This document shows positions 1 to 14,108 of a stretch of DNA of 64,000 nucleotides, piece after piece. The notes under the pieces were generated by a model that worked only from the letters and a program-made list of their open reading frames with translations, did no database searches and had not been told where the DNA came from. Position numbers and translations under genes: made by a program. The stretch is from Eledone cirrhosa (Eukaryota), in assembly GCA_964016885.1 (NCBI GenBank), contig OZ024743.1, positions 287,680,001 to 287,744,000 on the forward strand. Direction: 5' to 3'. Each line of letters opens with the position of its first letter. Positions within the stretch are counted from its first letter, which is position 1.

Positions 1-45
1 TGATCTCTTTTATGTATATTAAGAATTGACCCTAAAACCCGTTAT

Positions 46-154
46 ACTCCTACATGGATATAAAATAGTGGCCGTACTCGAAAACGAGTTGGCAGCCACC
101 ATGTATGTATGTATGTATGTATGTATGTATGTATGTATGTATGTATGTATGTAT
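46..154 (+). mobile_element. 3' fragment of ~600-bp RTE-derived non-autonomous element plus (TATG)n tail
   Basis: ctcctacatggatataaaatagtggccgtactcgaaaacgagttggcagccacc matches the 3' end of the full copies at 11619 and 14181; followed by (ATGT)n. Confidence 0.8.
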
Positions 155-570
155 GTTCTTTTTGGTAAATATTATCTTGGTTAAGAGAGTGGGACTGGCT
201 TTGTGCAGTGCCTTTGCTCACTATAAAAGCTTCATGGCACAGGCATTGCTTTATATCTGGAGATCTCTCTGCACTTGTTGTCACATGGTACCATGGGCCC
301 AGCACTATGTGTCAATAATTGTCACAGGTGTAGTGTTTGTACCAGAGTTTTCAAGTCGCTGGCTGGACTAAAGTCACATTCATTCAGCGCATCGGTAGGA
401 GTTCTCCTACATGGATATAAAGTAGTGGCCGTACTCGAAAACGAGTTGGCAGCCACCATGTATGTATGTATGTATGTATGTATGTATGTATGTATGTATG
501 TATGTATGTATGTATGTATAAATATGCATGTATGTATGTATGTATGTATGTATGTATGTATGTATGTATG
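155..570 (+). mobile_element. 5'-truncated copy of the RTE-derived non-autonomous element plus (TATG)n tail
   Basis: Near-identical to 11911-12225; encodes C2H2-like remnant CSVCTRVFKSLAGLKSH; starts inside the tail of the previous copy. Confidence 0.85.
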
Positions 571-1380
571 TGTGTGTTCTCGTGTGTGCTATGTGTATGT
601 GTGTGTGTGAGTGTGTATGTGTGTGTATGTGTGTGTTTTTGTCTGTGTGTGTGTATGTGCGTGTGCGTGTATGTGGTTGTGTCCTTTTCATAACTCCTTA
701 TTTGAAAGCATAAAGATGAAACTTCATCTTGGAGTGTAATATGAAACTGGACATTATAAAATATTTCGAATTCTATTGAATCATATTTTAAGTTTTGAAA
801 TATCAATTTTCTTGCTTTTCATAGGTGTGGACAGATTTCAAACGTATATTTATAGGCTGACTCTGAAGAAGTGATGCTAGAGCTGTGAAATCTTGCTTGC
901 ATTAATTTCAACTTTTCTTATTAATAACTGCATTATTTCTTTCCAGGGACTATGTTGAAGAATAAACCTAATTTGGTTATTTCATGAGAGTGTCTTGATC
1001 AGCCTATAAACATTTCAGTCGTCTCTCGTATTTATACAGAAATAATGTCAAATTAAGTTATTCTTATACCACGAATTTTGTAGCAACCATAGCATAAATA
1101 AATAGCAGAACTCTTATTCACTTAACTAATTCAAATACTTCTTTATACACATGTAACAGTCCAATCTCTCACTCACTTAATAGTAAATATATTTTTAAAA
1201 ATTCAGTTCAGCGTACGCACAACTGGCAATGTCGTCTCAAATATTTATATCGGAAGCACTGGGAATTCCTCGAAAACATGATATTACCAACATGTTCATA
1301 CTTTTATAAATCTTGAAATACGATGACATTGCCTTGTCCAAATATATCTGGAGACTAAAGGAATAAAGGATCGTTGTGTC

Positions 1381-1540
<160 letters not shown>

Positions 1541-1722
1541 ATATAAACATACTTACACATGTATATCTATATATCTATATCTTAATGACAGAATGAAAGA
1601 CATTAATTTAAATTAATAGACAAATTCATTGTGACAAGAAAGAAAGAGAAAAATAGACGTATATAGAGATAGATAGAGAAGAGAGGGCGGAGGGGGAAGA
1701 GTGTGATTAATTATGAAAAAAT

Positions 1723-1764
<42 letters not shown>

Positions 1765-1772
1765 TATATATA

Positions 1773-1829
<57 letters not shown>

Positions 1830-2908
1830 GTGAGAGAGAGAGATGTGTAAGATGGATGAATTCAGAAAAAGGACTGATAACAAGTTTGATTTAGTTAGAT
1901 AAAGAGACAGAGGTAGAGAAAGCGAGAAAAAGTGGCGAGAAAGAGGAAAGAGAGAAGACAAAGATGTGAATAAGAGGGAGCTAGAAGCGATTTAAAAAAA
2001 ACAAAAACGCCAAAGAATTATATATCAAATATATAACATAATGTCAACGACAATTTTAATACCAAATACTTCCCCAGAGATTTCTGGAAAGTTTAGGTAG
2101 CTACATAGGAAGGAGGTAGGTAGGAAAAATGGTTGATAGAGAAAAAAATATAAAAGACAGCAACCAGCTGGTAAGTCCATTAGAAACCACAGGGTCTTGG
2201 CAATACCACGCTCGGTCTTCAATTAATGTAGGCTCATACAGCTGTAATAGGGAAATGATTGTGTAGGTTGGTCGAGAAAGTTGTACCACGCCTCGTAAAA
2301 CAGAAAAGGCGAAGTAGTATGTTATATACTGTTGTTGTTCTTGTTGATGATGTTGTATCCAGTTGTTGTTGTTGTTGTTGTTGTATATCGTGGTTAATGT
2401 TATTAAAGTATATTTTATATATTTTGATTTTCTTTACGTATCATTCTGCTACCCTTTCCCACTTTTAACCCCTCCTCTCTCTCATTCAGATGTCGACACT
2501 GCAATCCTGAAAAATCCTTAAAAACAACATATAAACAAAAAATATAGGAAAGGGATCGCCCCCCCCCTCATATATATATATATATATATATATATTCACA
2601 TATATATATATACATATATGTTCACACACTCATACATACATATATATATAGTGTATGTGGGTATACACGCGCGCGCGCACGCACGCACACACACACACAC
2701 ACACACACACATATGTATATATACGTATATGTAAACGTATGCGTGTATAGATATATCCATCCATACATACATACACATGTATGTATGTATGTACGTACGT
2801 ACGTATGTGTATATATATATGTATGTATGAATGTATGTATGGATGGATGGATGGATATAGCTATATACGCATACGTTTACATATACATACATACACACAC
2901 GCACACAC

Positions 2909-2954
<46 letters not shown>

Positions 2955-3387
2955 CGACACATACATGTGTTTATATGACTGTAACGAATCCAGTGTTAAA
3001 TCTCAAACGTCCATGTACATACATCGCTTGAGCGGTTATATGAGATGGTGGAGAGAGAGAGAGAGAGTATAAGGTATGTGGGAAAGAGAGGGGGAGAGCT
3101 ATATTTAGAGAGGGATAAAGAAAGAGAAAAAAGGAGATGAAGGTGAGGGGGGACCCACAAAGGGAGATAAAACAACAAAATTTAAAACAAACCAAAACAT
3201 CAATGAAAATGTAAATAAGAGAAACAGAAGGGTGAGGAGGAGAGAAGAGGGAGAGAAGAGAAGAGAAACGGAACGAGAGAAAGAGAGAGAGAGAGAGAGA
3301 GGCTGAGAGAGAGAGAGAGCGCAGGAGAGGGGGAAGAAGGAAAGAAGTGAGAGGAAGAACAGCAAATGGAAACTGTTCTACTACCAA

Positions 3388-3500
3388 TAGAAGAAGAAGA
3401 AGAAGAAGAAGAAGAAGAAGAAGAAGAAGAAGAAGAAGAAGAAGAAGAAGAAGACGACGACGACGAAGAAGACGACGACGAAGAAGAAGAAGAAGAAGAA
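3388..3500. repeat. (GAA)n/(GAC)n trinucleotide microsatellite
   Basis: Direct reading. Confidence 0.95.
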
Positions 3501-3740
3501 TAGTTCCCCTGGGGTGTGGTTCCATGTTTCAACAGTCGTCAACGATTAAAAGTAACTTATTTAGTGACCGCTGTTGACTGATTAAGGCAGAGTTGAGAGA
3601 AATAATGAGGTGGGTGGTGGTGGGTGGTGATGTATATAATGGGTGGGAGGAAGGGACAGAGGTGAGCTTGTGAGAAGGTAGAAACTCGGAGAGAGGAGGT
3701 GGTGGTGGTAGAAGTAAAGTATTAAAAAGACATAGAGAGT

Positions 3741-3777
<37 letters not shown>

Positions 3778-4064
3778 CGAGAGAGAGAGAGAGAGAGAGA
3801 GTGAGAGAGAGTGAGAGAGAGAGAGCGGGGAGGAGCAAAACTGAAGGGGAGATATTCACATAGAAAAGTTAGTCGATGTAGCTGTTATGAAACCTAGCAA
3901 TAGCTCGTATTAAAATATCAATGTTTTGCATCACACACACAAACATACAGACACACACACACACACGTACATACAGACACACACACACAGGCACACACAC
4001 ACGTGCACACATACACATACACACACAGGCACACACGCACACACACAGACATACGCACACACAG

Positions 4065-4147
<83 letters not shown>

Positions 4148-4179
4148 GACACACATTTCTGTGGAAGAAGCCCAGCAGA

Positions 4180-4290
4180 ATCTATAGAAGTGCAGATGTC
4201 TTCCACAGACGTTGCCTTAGAACCCGATTTAAAATGTCTTGGTGTGATCACATCACGAATGGAAAGGGCTTGGCTGAGAGAAATCCACGG
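4180..4290 (+). pseudogene. short degenerate RTE-clade RT C-terminal remnant
   Basis: Translation DVFHRRCLRTRFKMSWCDHITN resembles the RTE motif F.xRCLRxILxIxWxDxxTN. Confidence 0.45.
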
Positions 4291-4359
4291 GATACCATGA
4301 TTGTAAGATCATAAAAGATGCTCGGTTACATGCTATATATGTCCACGAAGGAACTAGAG

Positions 4360-4410
<51 letters not shown>

Positions 4411-4829
4411 AAAAGAGAGAGAGCTCCTCCCTTGTGGAAGCCAGAAGTGGTAATCATAGAAGGTGGGAAAGGCCCGTTAAAACCCTCATGGGAGCCTGTG
4501 GAGAAGAACCTGGTAGACGGACTAGTCCTCAGCTTACTGTCGTGCAGAGTGGAGATCACGTCACCCAATATTCCTTAGAGAACAATAGCATCTAACTAAA
4601 AGTGTAAATGCTAGACAACCACGACCCCCTAAAAAAACAACTACAAAAACAAAACAAAACGAAGCAAAAAGAAAAATAATGTGGCAAGAAAGAGTCACTT
4701 TAGAATATTCCTCTTCTAATAAAGATGAGATTTGTTTTTATAATTCTCCCAGGTATCGATATCTACAGAATCTTTTGTCATTTACTCATGATGTATTTAA
4801 TATACTTGCTTATTATTTGTCCTACCTTA

Positions 4830-5020
4830 CGGTGGTGGATTGGCAGTATGGGTAGAGAGTCTGACGCCATGCTTTGCAGCAAAGAGTTACAGCCCTTTAT
4901 GGTCTGAGTTCAAATCCCGCCGAAGTTAACTTTGCTTTTCATCCTTACGGGGTCGATAAAATAAAGTACCAGTAATGTACTGTAAATTTTCTGGCCTTGT
5001 GCCAAAAGTAGAACAATTAT
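4830..5020 (+). mobile_element. tRNA-derived SINE with Meta-like central domain
   Basis: B-box-like gagttcaaatcccgccg then ttgcttttcatccttacggggtcgataaaataaagtaccag; many homologues in the window. Confidence 0.8.
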
Positions 5021-5400
5021 TTGTCCTACCTTATGCATGACTGACGTTTCCAGGGTCCACGCATGAGGAACAATGTTAAAGGTCATTTGATAGTCCATGC
5101 TGTACTGATATACTTTACCCCCTTTCTACAACCTTCGGTTAAGACTTAAGCCATTCTTCTGGAAATGAGTTTTTTTCTCCCAGATGTTTATCTATCTTCT
5201 GTTGTATTATTGCAGTTAAGCCTTCGTTAACCGTAGTAAGGCAGCTTATAGGTTTGTAGTTTTTAGGGCGTGCTGTGTATTTAGTTTTTTTGGATTAAGA
5301 TGGTTTCCCATTCCTCTTAAGTGAGCCAGTCACATATTATGTCGGGCGCCTCCAGTATCTTATTAATCCATTTCTAATGAAATACACACTATTTCAATTA
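5021..5400 (-). pseudogene. old R4/Dong-like RT fragment
   Basis: Minus-strand translation gives PKNYKPISCL, HLGEKNSFPEE, GCRKG and DYQMTFNIVPHAW, matching NYRPITCL / EQxGCRKG / DYKKAFDSVPHSW. Confidence 0.6.
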
Positions 5401-5883
5401 ATTACTGAGGAATTTTGAGGGATTTACTAAAATTATTAATTATTTCCTTACTAAGATAGTAACTTAACCTTTTATTTTTACCTAGTTTTTTTTTTATAAT
5501 CAAAGAATCGCTATCACTTTTTATATGAACGGATTATTTGCGTTTTAGGAAGAATATCTCGTTTCTTTGATTTTGGGTACTTTTCTTTTAATAAACATCA
5601 TTAATAATGTTGTTGATGTTGTTATGTCAGTAGTCCTATTTTTCACGCGTATTTTCTATTGTTATATAGAAATATATGTGTAGTACTCATTGTGATGTTT
5701 TCTGTGTTGTGTATATGTGTAAGACTAGTCGCTGTGGTTTGTGGAGATAGATTTCTAGCAAGCACTCGTATCCACTTTTTACGTCTCTCTCTCTATATAT
5801 GGATCTATTATTTTTATCTAAAGACAATTTTTTTCCAATTCCAACCGCCCGTCCCCTCAATCTATCTTATTTCTCATTCTTTC

Positions 5884-5915
5884 TGCCGATGAAGGACTAG
5901 CGTCCGAAACGTTAA
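5884..5915 (+). ncRNA. minimal hammerhead-like motif of Penelope pLTR type, probably decayed
   Basis: CCGATGA-A-GGAC-tagc-GTCC-GAAA-CG-TT: stem II pairs, palindromic stem III, but U4 is C and stem I is not evident. Confidence 0.5.
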
Positions 5916-6011
5916 AACCCCTCTTCCTGGTATTTCAAGCGTTAACCTAATATATTCCTTTCATATATTGTACCGATTGTGTTGTTATTTCTGTTTACCT
6001 TTTACCCCCCC

Positions 6012-6483
<472 letters not shown>

Positions 6484-6503
6484 TATAAATATATATATAT
6501 ATA

Positions 6504-6590
6504 TATATTGAGTGTATTGAGTTCAAAACTCAAGCATTCCTTTACAATGTAAAGGAATGCTTGAGTTTTGAACTCAATACACTTAATATA
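6504..6590. repeat. near-perfect palindrome (~43-bp arms) abutting (TA)n
   Basis: gtattgagttcaaaactcaagcattcctttaca-a-tgtaaaggaatgcttgagttttgaactcaatac. Confidence 0.9.
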
Positions 6591-7042
6591 ATTGCTCCTT
6601 ACGTTGAGCTGATAGTAGCCCCATATATACGGCTGTTATTTCTAGCAGTACGAGTATGAGGCTGGCTAGAAACTGTAAAACCATGTGCGTTAAACAGTCT
6701 TTTAAAATATTTAGAAGTGAAGCATATCAATTTGTTCAGGGTGTTTACTGATGTGAGCTGGACATGATATCCTTACACTTATTCATCTCGAAACACATTT
6801 GGATTTTAAAGTTTAAACTTATCTACGGAAAAGGTTTGATTTTGAAATTTAAATTTGTCTAAAAACCATGGCCATTTGCCAATACTGTTTGTTTTTATTG
6901 ATTTATTATTTTAAATCGAGATAGGCAAACTGTAATATTATAATTAGTATATTTCATTCTAGCTAACTTAATTTCTTTTACAATATAAACACAGATATGT
7001 TGGTATTTGTGTTTCATCATATATATTAATTTATATTTACTT

Positions 7043-7078
<36 letters not shown>

Positions 7079-7084
7079 TTGTAT

Positions 7085-7295
7085 GTAAACAAAAAGGGTG
7101 TGGTAAGATACCAGGTGGACCATAACGCACCAGAGCACTCAATATGTAGGGTAATAGAGTGGGTAATAAGAAAAGAGTCAGGACCTCGACGGCTGAGCAC
7201 CGGCCGTTTCGACAGTATATAATAAAGAAAGGAGTGCGGAACAGCAGTCGAAACGGCCGGAGCTCAGCCGCCGGGGTCCTGACTCTTTTCCTATA
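7085..7295 (-). mobile_element. fold-back element, family C (Penelope-like 3' end inferred)
   Basis: ~50-bp inverted arms ending in cgtttcgac / gtcgaaacg; homologous to 31605, 43461 and 58765; TA-rich flanks. Confidence 0.75.
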
Positions 7296-7334
7296 TATAA
7301 GTATATATATATACTTATATATATATATATAAGT

Positions 7335-7395
7335 TTTAATATAGATGAGATTCTACAGGACTAGAACTGTTTCATTCTTGAGAAATCATCAGGAA
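7335..7395 (-). ncRNA. minimal hammerhead-like motif between TA tracts
   Basis: Minus strand reads CTGATGA-tttc-tcaa-gaat-GAAA-C-agttcta-GTC; 5' strand of stem I is missing. Confidence 0.45.
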
Positions 7396-7734
7396 TATAT
7401 ATATATATATATATCCCATTGAGTTAAGAAGCATTGGGTGAATCTGAAACTATATAGCATTGTAATGTCATTTGGTAAAGAATATCCAAAGTTGAGGGAT
7501 CAGTCCCCAAATCATCAGCGTGTATAACGTCATTTTGCAAAGGTGTAAATGCAGACAGGGAATTTAGGGATGTTCTCATTGCAATGCGCTCTTTGTACAG
7601 AATTGAGTACTGAAATAGGATTTTATAGATTAGCAATAGAATCTAAACTATAATGAAGAAAGGAGTGCGGGACGCGTACGGTTTATTTCTTTTAATCCAG
7701 TTAGTAAAATAAGTTGGATTACTTTGATAAATAA

Positions 7735-8005
7735 TTGTTTCTACTTTTGGCACAAGGCCACAATTACCCAGTGTATTACTGGTACTTTATTTTATCTTTA
7801 TTTTACTTTGATAAATAATTGTTTCTATTTTTGGCACAAGGCCAGCAATAACCCAGTACATTACTGGTACTTTATTTTATCGACCCCGTAAGGATGAAAG
7901 GTAAAGTTAACTTCGACGGGATTTGAACTCTGACCGTAATTGGACGTAACTATGCTAGAAAGCATGTCGTCCGACCCTCTACCGATACTGCCAGTTCACC
8001 GCTCT
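7735..8005 (-). mobile_element. Meta-like SINE with locally duplicated 3' tail
   Basis: Reverse complement of the SINE at 4830; tail segment repeated at about 7720-7795 and 7805-7880. Confidence 0.8.
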
Positions 8006-9147
8006 ACTTTACGATTTTACTTTGATAAATAATGAATGAATATTACATAATTTATCTACTAAATTTCGTAGCTGTTGATTAACTATATTTTATTGTTTAT
8101 TTAAAGATTCACTTCTTTAAAATTTTCAAATGTCAACACTTCCGGTTAGCGATCGCTTAAATAAACCTTCATATATTTCCGTCACTAATTATCTCCTAAT
8201 GCATTTTATATAAAATATCGTCTTTTTTTTAATGTATCATGGATTACGTTACTGATTACATAAGAGAGTGTAGCGCAGTCGTCATTCAATTGTGTATATT
8301 GTCAATTACGATTTTATTTTATGTATATCTACATGCATATATATTTTTATTTTATTAAATAGCGTTACAAATGGGAGTAAAAATATGAACACATATGATA
8401 TATACAAAGCATATAAATAAATTTACTGTAGAATAACAACAAATATGTTTTAAATATATGCATACATAACATTACAAATGCTTAGATAACATTATAAATT
8501 GCTCGCGATTATGTCAGAAGGATATATTTCTTTAAATTTGCAATATTAAAGAAAATGTAAAGAAATAGGTGAACAACCGAGCCACCACTAGAGCAAAAGA
8601 CAGTAGCGAGGAGTACTGGGCAACCTCTCTAATGATTTTTGAGGCAAGCCAGCACACTCGCAATGTTACCTCGGGTGTTGGCGAGGCTAATATCAATATG
8701 CACACAACACATGCTAGCAGAAAACCAGCCGAAGGGTGGTTTTTCTGCTAGTTTTAATAATGGTGTACTGGAGTCATATATTTGAAGTTTTGATTTTACG
8801 TATAAAACTTAAATTCTTCTTTAGTCTCCCTCTTTCTCTTTCCTAGGCCTATTACTCAGAGGCATATTCTAGAAGATTTTCGTTACTATTTCTCAGGTTG
8901 TAATTAATGGCTCACCTGTCATTCTGTAACATTTTAAACCCCCCTTTCTTTATTTGTGCGTTTAATGTACAGGCAATTTGCACTTGCTTTTTAGATGTGC
9001 TGACTTATGCATAATCAAGATTTTATTTGTTCTGCGCTCTATCTCATAAATTTCAGCCTTAGTCAACTTGAAGATCCTAGCACTATACTTTATATGTTTT
9101 ATTACATCGTTGTTTTATTCTTCCATGCAATGTCTCATCGATCACTA

Positions 9148-9770
9148 CGGTAGAGCGTCGGACGCCATGCTTTGCAGCATAGAGTTACGGCCCTTTACGT
9201 TCTGAGTTAAATCTCGCCGAGGTTAGCTTTGTCTTTCATCCTTACGGGTTCGACAAATAAAGCACCAGTAATGCACTGGGGTCGATTTATCGACTTTCCC
9301 CACCCCCAAATTGCTGGCCTTGTGCCTAAAGTATAAACAATAATTATCATCGTTATTGTTGTGTTGTTGATTGGCAGTATCGGTAAAGCGTCAGAAACCA
9401 TGCTTCGCGACAATGAGTTACGGCCCTTTACGTTCTGAGTTCACATCCCGCCGAGGACAGCTTTGCCGTTCATCCTTACGGGGTTGATAATATAAAGTAC
9501 CAGTAATGCACTGGGTCGATTTAATCGACTTTCCCCTTCTCCAAAATTGCTGGCCTTGTGTCTAAATCAGAAACCATTATTATTGGCAGTGGATTGGCAG
9601 TATCGGTAGAGGGTCGGACGCCATGCTTTCCAGCATAGTTACGTCCCTTTACGATCTGAGTTCAAATCCCACCTAGGTTGACTTTGCCTTTCATCCTTAC
9701 GGGGTCGATAAAATAAAGTACCAGTAATGCACTGGGTAATTTGCTGGCCTTGTGCCTAAAGTAGAAACAA
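9148..9770 (+). mobile_element. head-to-tail trimer of Meta-like SINEs
   Basis: Three ~200-bp copies starting near 9148, 9368 and 9585. Confidence 0.85.
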
Positions 9771-10000
9771 TCATTATCATCGTCGTCGTCGTTGCTATTG
9801 TTGTTGTTGTTGCTATTATCATTATTAATAATATCATTATTATCGTCATTATTTTTATCATCATTAATCATTACCGCAATGTTAGCCGTTGATCGTGTTT
9901 CAAGTTATATCAATGGAATGTTTTTGAAGCGCGATATTAACAACACTGCTCCAACTACTAGAGCATTTCTAGAACCTTCTAGTTCTATTAATGATGACAG

Positions 10001-10050
<50 letters not shown>

Positions 10051-10374
10051 AACACACACACACCTATATCTCTATATCTATATACATATATATATATATT
10101 TATATATATATATATTTATATATATATATATGTGTGTGTGTGTGTATATATATAATCATATAGAAACACACACACATACACATATATATATATATTTATA
10201 TACATACATTCATACATCCATATAATGTTTGCTACTCTCATTTTAATGTTGATTTTTATCAATATTAATTAAGAAAGCTTCTTTGTACTCATTGTCTTCA
10301 CCGATATCTTAACAACGGCCACCAACACCATCGACACATTAACATCACAAGACATTCCACCGTTGTTATATATG

Positions 10375-10913
10375 TATGTCTTTTTATTAATTTGGGTTTT
10401 TTTTTGACCGGCCACCTTCTTGGCGGCAAGTTTGTAAAGAAAAAAAAAGAAGAAATTTCCGTCGTTCTTTGTGTAATTGTTCATCCTTTGAATTTTAAGA
10501 GCCTTTTACAGATTTTGAAGGTTCCCGTGTTGCGTGCATACACACATCAGCCCGCAGCTTCCCGCCTCATAGCTATCCACCGCATGCGCTGGTATGGACA
10601 TGTCCTCCGCTTTCTACCAGATTATCCCACTAGTGCCTTACTCTCTTTCAAAGCAGCGACTGCAGGCTGGATGAGACCACACGCCAGGCCCCGCACCAGA
10701 TGGCTGGATATCATCAGGGAAAATCTTCGGAGGCTCGACATCACCTTCGAGGATGCAGAGGAGCTGGCACGGGACCGCCAGCATGGAGGACGCTGGTGGA
10801 CCTGGTCGGCTCTACGCACGACGATGGTTTGGGATCGTTGGCTTAGGATGATCCCGGCCTCGTTGAGCAAGAGCTAGAAGAAGAAGAAGAAGAAGAAGAA
10901 GAAGAAGAAGAAG

Positions 10914-10944
<31 letters not shown>

Positions 10945-11188
10945 TTGTAGCTGCTTTCTTTTCCCCAAAATACAAGTCCAGCCATACTTTAGTTCAGGTG
11001 GATTGGTAGCTCCAATAATAATAGGTCTAAAAGCAAACGGTTGTTTGGGCTGCTGGATCTGCAAACTCCTCATCAATGATCCGTAGATATCGGCCATCTC
11101 TTGAATATTTCTTACTACATTAATATGAAGTGAGCTACTGACATCTATAACAGATGATATTTTCAACTTGTGTTAATAACATCAGGCC
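10375..11188 (-). mobile_element. degenerate 3' end of an R4/Dong-like LINE, interrupted by an RTE insertion
   Basis: RPDVI, DIYGSLMRSLQIQ, PIIIGAT and the 3' UTR gaccggccaccttc match the 12297-14108 element. Confidence 0.75.
10531..10943 (+). mobile_element. 5'-truncated RTE-clade LINE 3' end with (GAA)n tail
   Basis: RMRWYGHVLR, RPHARPRTRWLDII and ELARDR are typical RTE C-terminal motifs; (GAA)n at 10877-10943. Confidence 0.8.
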
Positions 11189-11615
11189 GTATGTATGTAT
11201 GTATGTATGTATGTATGTATGTATGTATGTATGTATGTATGTATGTATGTATGTATGTATGTATGTATGTATGTGCAGTGCCTTTGCTCACTATAAAAGC
11301 TTCACGGCACAGGCATTGCTTTATATCTGGAGATCTCTCTGCACTTGTTGTCACATGGTGCCATGGGCCCAGTACTATGTGTCGATAATTGTCACAGGTG
11401 TAGTGTTTGTACCAGAGTTTTCAAGTCGCTGGCTGGACTAAAAAGTCACACTCGTTCAGCGCATCGGTAGGGGTTCTCCTACATGGATATAAAGTAGTGG
11501 CCGTACTCGAAAACGAGTTGGCAGCCACCATGTATGTATGTATGTATGTATGTATGTATGTATGTATGTATGTATGTATGTATGTATGTATGTATGTATG
11601 TATGTATGTATGTAT
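11189..11615 (+). mobile_element. 5'-truncated RTE-derived element (11272-11529) with (TATG)n on both sides
   Basis: Matches the 3' half of the full copies. Confidence 0.85.
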
Positions 11616-11618
11616 TAT

Positions 11619-12296
11619 GTTAGTTGGTGCTACTGGTAACATGTATCCCAGTACAAACTGTCTCATGGTCGGGTCGTTGGCGACTAAACTGGCAACCCTA
11701 CCAAGGTTTCTTGGTGAGGAAGGTGACTTTGGACATCCTGCAGGACTAAAAACAAAACCTGTCAAAGGGCAAATGAGCTCTTAAGAGTCAATGGCCATCC
11801 AAAATCACTGGGAGAGATGACCCCTTAGCCTTTGTCAAGGCAGAATTCTAGGAGAGGGAAAACTCTGATATAACACCTGCAACCCTGATGGTATACAATG
11901 ATGTTGACTTGTTCTTCTTTTTAGTAAATATCATCTTGGTTAAGAGAGTGGGACTGGCTTTGTGCAGTGCCTTTGCTCACTATAAAAGCTTCACGGCACA
12001 GGCATTGCTTTATATCTGGAGATCTCTGATCTCTCTGCACTTGTCGTCACATGGTACCATGGGCCCAGCACTATGTGTCAATAGTTGTCACAGGTATAGT
12101 GTTTGTACCATAGTTTTCAAGTCGCTGGCTGGACTAAAAAGTCACACTCGTTCAGCGCATCGGTAGGGGTTCTCCTACATGGATATAAAGTAGTGGCCGT
12201 ACTCGAAAACGAGTTGGCAGCCACCATGTTTGTATGTATGTATGTATGTATGTATGTATGTATGTATGTATGTATGTATGTATGTATGTATGTATG
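11619..12296 (+). mobile_element. full ~600-bp RTE-derived non-autonomous element plus (TATG)n tail
   Basis: Same boundaries as copies at 14181, 29204 and 61963; 5'UTR-like ggagagggaaaactctga motif and C-terminal C2H2 remnant; no RT. Confidence 0.8.
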
Positions 12297-14108
12297 TTTT
12301 CTCTTTCTCTTAATTTCGAGTATATTTTTTTGACCGGCCACCTTCCTGGTGGCAAGGTTGTAAAAGAAAAGAAATTGTCATCCCTTGAATCGCAAGAATG
12401 TTTTGCAAATTCTGAAGGTGCCAGCTATCGCAGCCATTTGTAGACTATGAATTAGGGAGCTGCGCTTTTTGTCCGCAAATCCAAGTTCAGTCATACCTTG
12501 GTCCAAGCGGGTTGGTATATAACCCGTAGCACCAATAATGATGGGTATGAAGCTAAAGGTGTATCTTGGATACTGGATTTGTAAACTCCTCATCAATGGT
12601 CCGTAGATGTCCTCCTTCTCCTGTATTTTTCTGACAACGTTTACATCAAGTGGGCAGCTGATCTCCGCAACAGAACACGTTTTCAATGTGTGGTCCCAAA
12701 CTACAATATCAGGCCGGTTGTGCTTTAATTTGGTGGCAGTTTTTATTTTCAGGTTCCACCAGTATTCCTTAGTGCCATCTGTTTCAATATATTCTTCCTC
12801 GTTTGTTGTTAATTTTGTTTTCCGAAGTGCGTTCCAGATGGTTCTAGCTATCCCATCGTGTCTCATGGGGAGGTAGTAGCGAGATGACATTCTTTCGCAG
12901 CTGGCAACAATGTGGCTTACATCCTCGATCTTTGTTTTACATAGCCTACATTTATTGTCAGCTGCTGGCCCTCCTCTTTTGTGCAGCAGATATTTGGTAG
13001 GGAGTTCTTGTTCCTGTATTGCATAGAGATATCCCTCAAGGTGTGATGTCATAAACTTGTCGGAACTCCATGCCAGGCTTTTTGAGTGGTTTATCCCCTC
13101 TATGGTCTGTGTTTTACGCCTCAAGTATCCATGCACAACTTTTTCTGTAAATTGGTCAATTTTTTTATCTTGTTTGAACATTGAATAGGATCTTCCGATT
13201 TCTCTGGGTGAGAGATTTATATCAGGCTTTATTCCATATCTCTCCTTCAGATCAGTCGCTATTCTAATGATATTTCTTTTTTCATGGTCATAAACCTGGG
13301 CAAGATGGTTGCCAACCTTTTTCCTCTGTTGAAGGTGTTGCTTCAGTGTTACTATCCGGGTCTCATATGTTGTTAATATTGATTTTAGACCACGGCCACC
13401 TTCCTTGCGTGAGAAGTATAGCCTATCCACATCACCAGTGATGTTAAAGTTCCCAGTAACACTGAGAAGTTTTCGAGTTCTAACACCCATCTCACTTAGT
13501 TCTTGTAATGACCAGTTCAGCAGGCCAAATGTTGGCGTTAGAATTGACACAGCATAAGTGTTGTGGGCAATGTATTTGTGTACGCTGACAGTTCTGATGA
13601 CCATATTTTCTTTACTCTTCTGAGGTATTCAGTTCTGGTTCTCTGCTTATTTATGGGTCCATCATATCTGACATTCTCATCCTGTCCAAGATATCTGTAG
13701 TTGTCACCTGACTGCAGAGGTTGTATTGTCAGGCCGTTCATCTCTAGATTTCTAGAGGAGGGCACAGCTCTTCCACGTTTTACTGCCAAATATGCACACT
13801 TGGACTCACCAAATTTCATTTTGATGTCGGTTGAAAATTGTGTAATGAGGTCCAATTGTTTCTTGATGTCATTGATATTTGGCCCATACAACTTCAGGTC
13901 ATCAACAAAGAAAAGATGGGAGATACTTCTGGGCCCACTTCTTTGTCCACCTTGTTTCCTGAGTAGGTAAGATAGTGGATTCAGTGAGAGAACGAAGAGC
14001 AGCACTGACAAGCTATCACCCTGAAAGATGCCCTTCTGGTAATGCATCTTATCAGTCTTAACCTGCTCCTTCTCACCTCTAAGGATCAAATTGGTGTACC
14101 AGTTCTTG
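12297..14108 (-). mobile_element. 5'-truncated R4/Dong-like non-LTR retrotransposon (RT, CCHC, restriction-like endonuclease), one frameshift near 13575
   Basis: GIFQGDSLS, HLFFVDDLKLY, YRYLG, RLYFSRKEGGRGL, CRLCxxxxEDVSHIVASC, RHD, HNRPDIVV, EISCP, KEDIY; ORFs 13538-14089 and 12378-13604. Confidence 0.9.

Noticed and set aside
275-395. Host C2H2 zinc-finger gene
   Set aside because: Single finger inside a multi-copy mobile element with no gene structure
6605-6690. Hammerhead at CTGATAG-tagcc...ggcta-GAAAC
   Set aside because: A long stem exists, but the core breaks the 3-8 pair and stem I is not evident
8714-8756. Bacterial intrinsic terminator
   Set aside because: No prokaryotic gene context
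11619-11760. Twister or HDV-like ribozyme at the 5' end of the RTE derivative
   Set aside because: Could not assign the required pseudoknot pairings by eye; needs a covariance-model search
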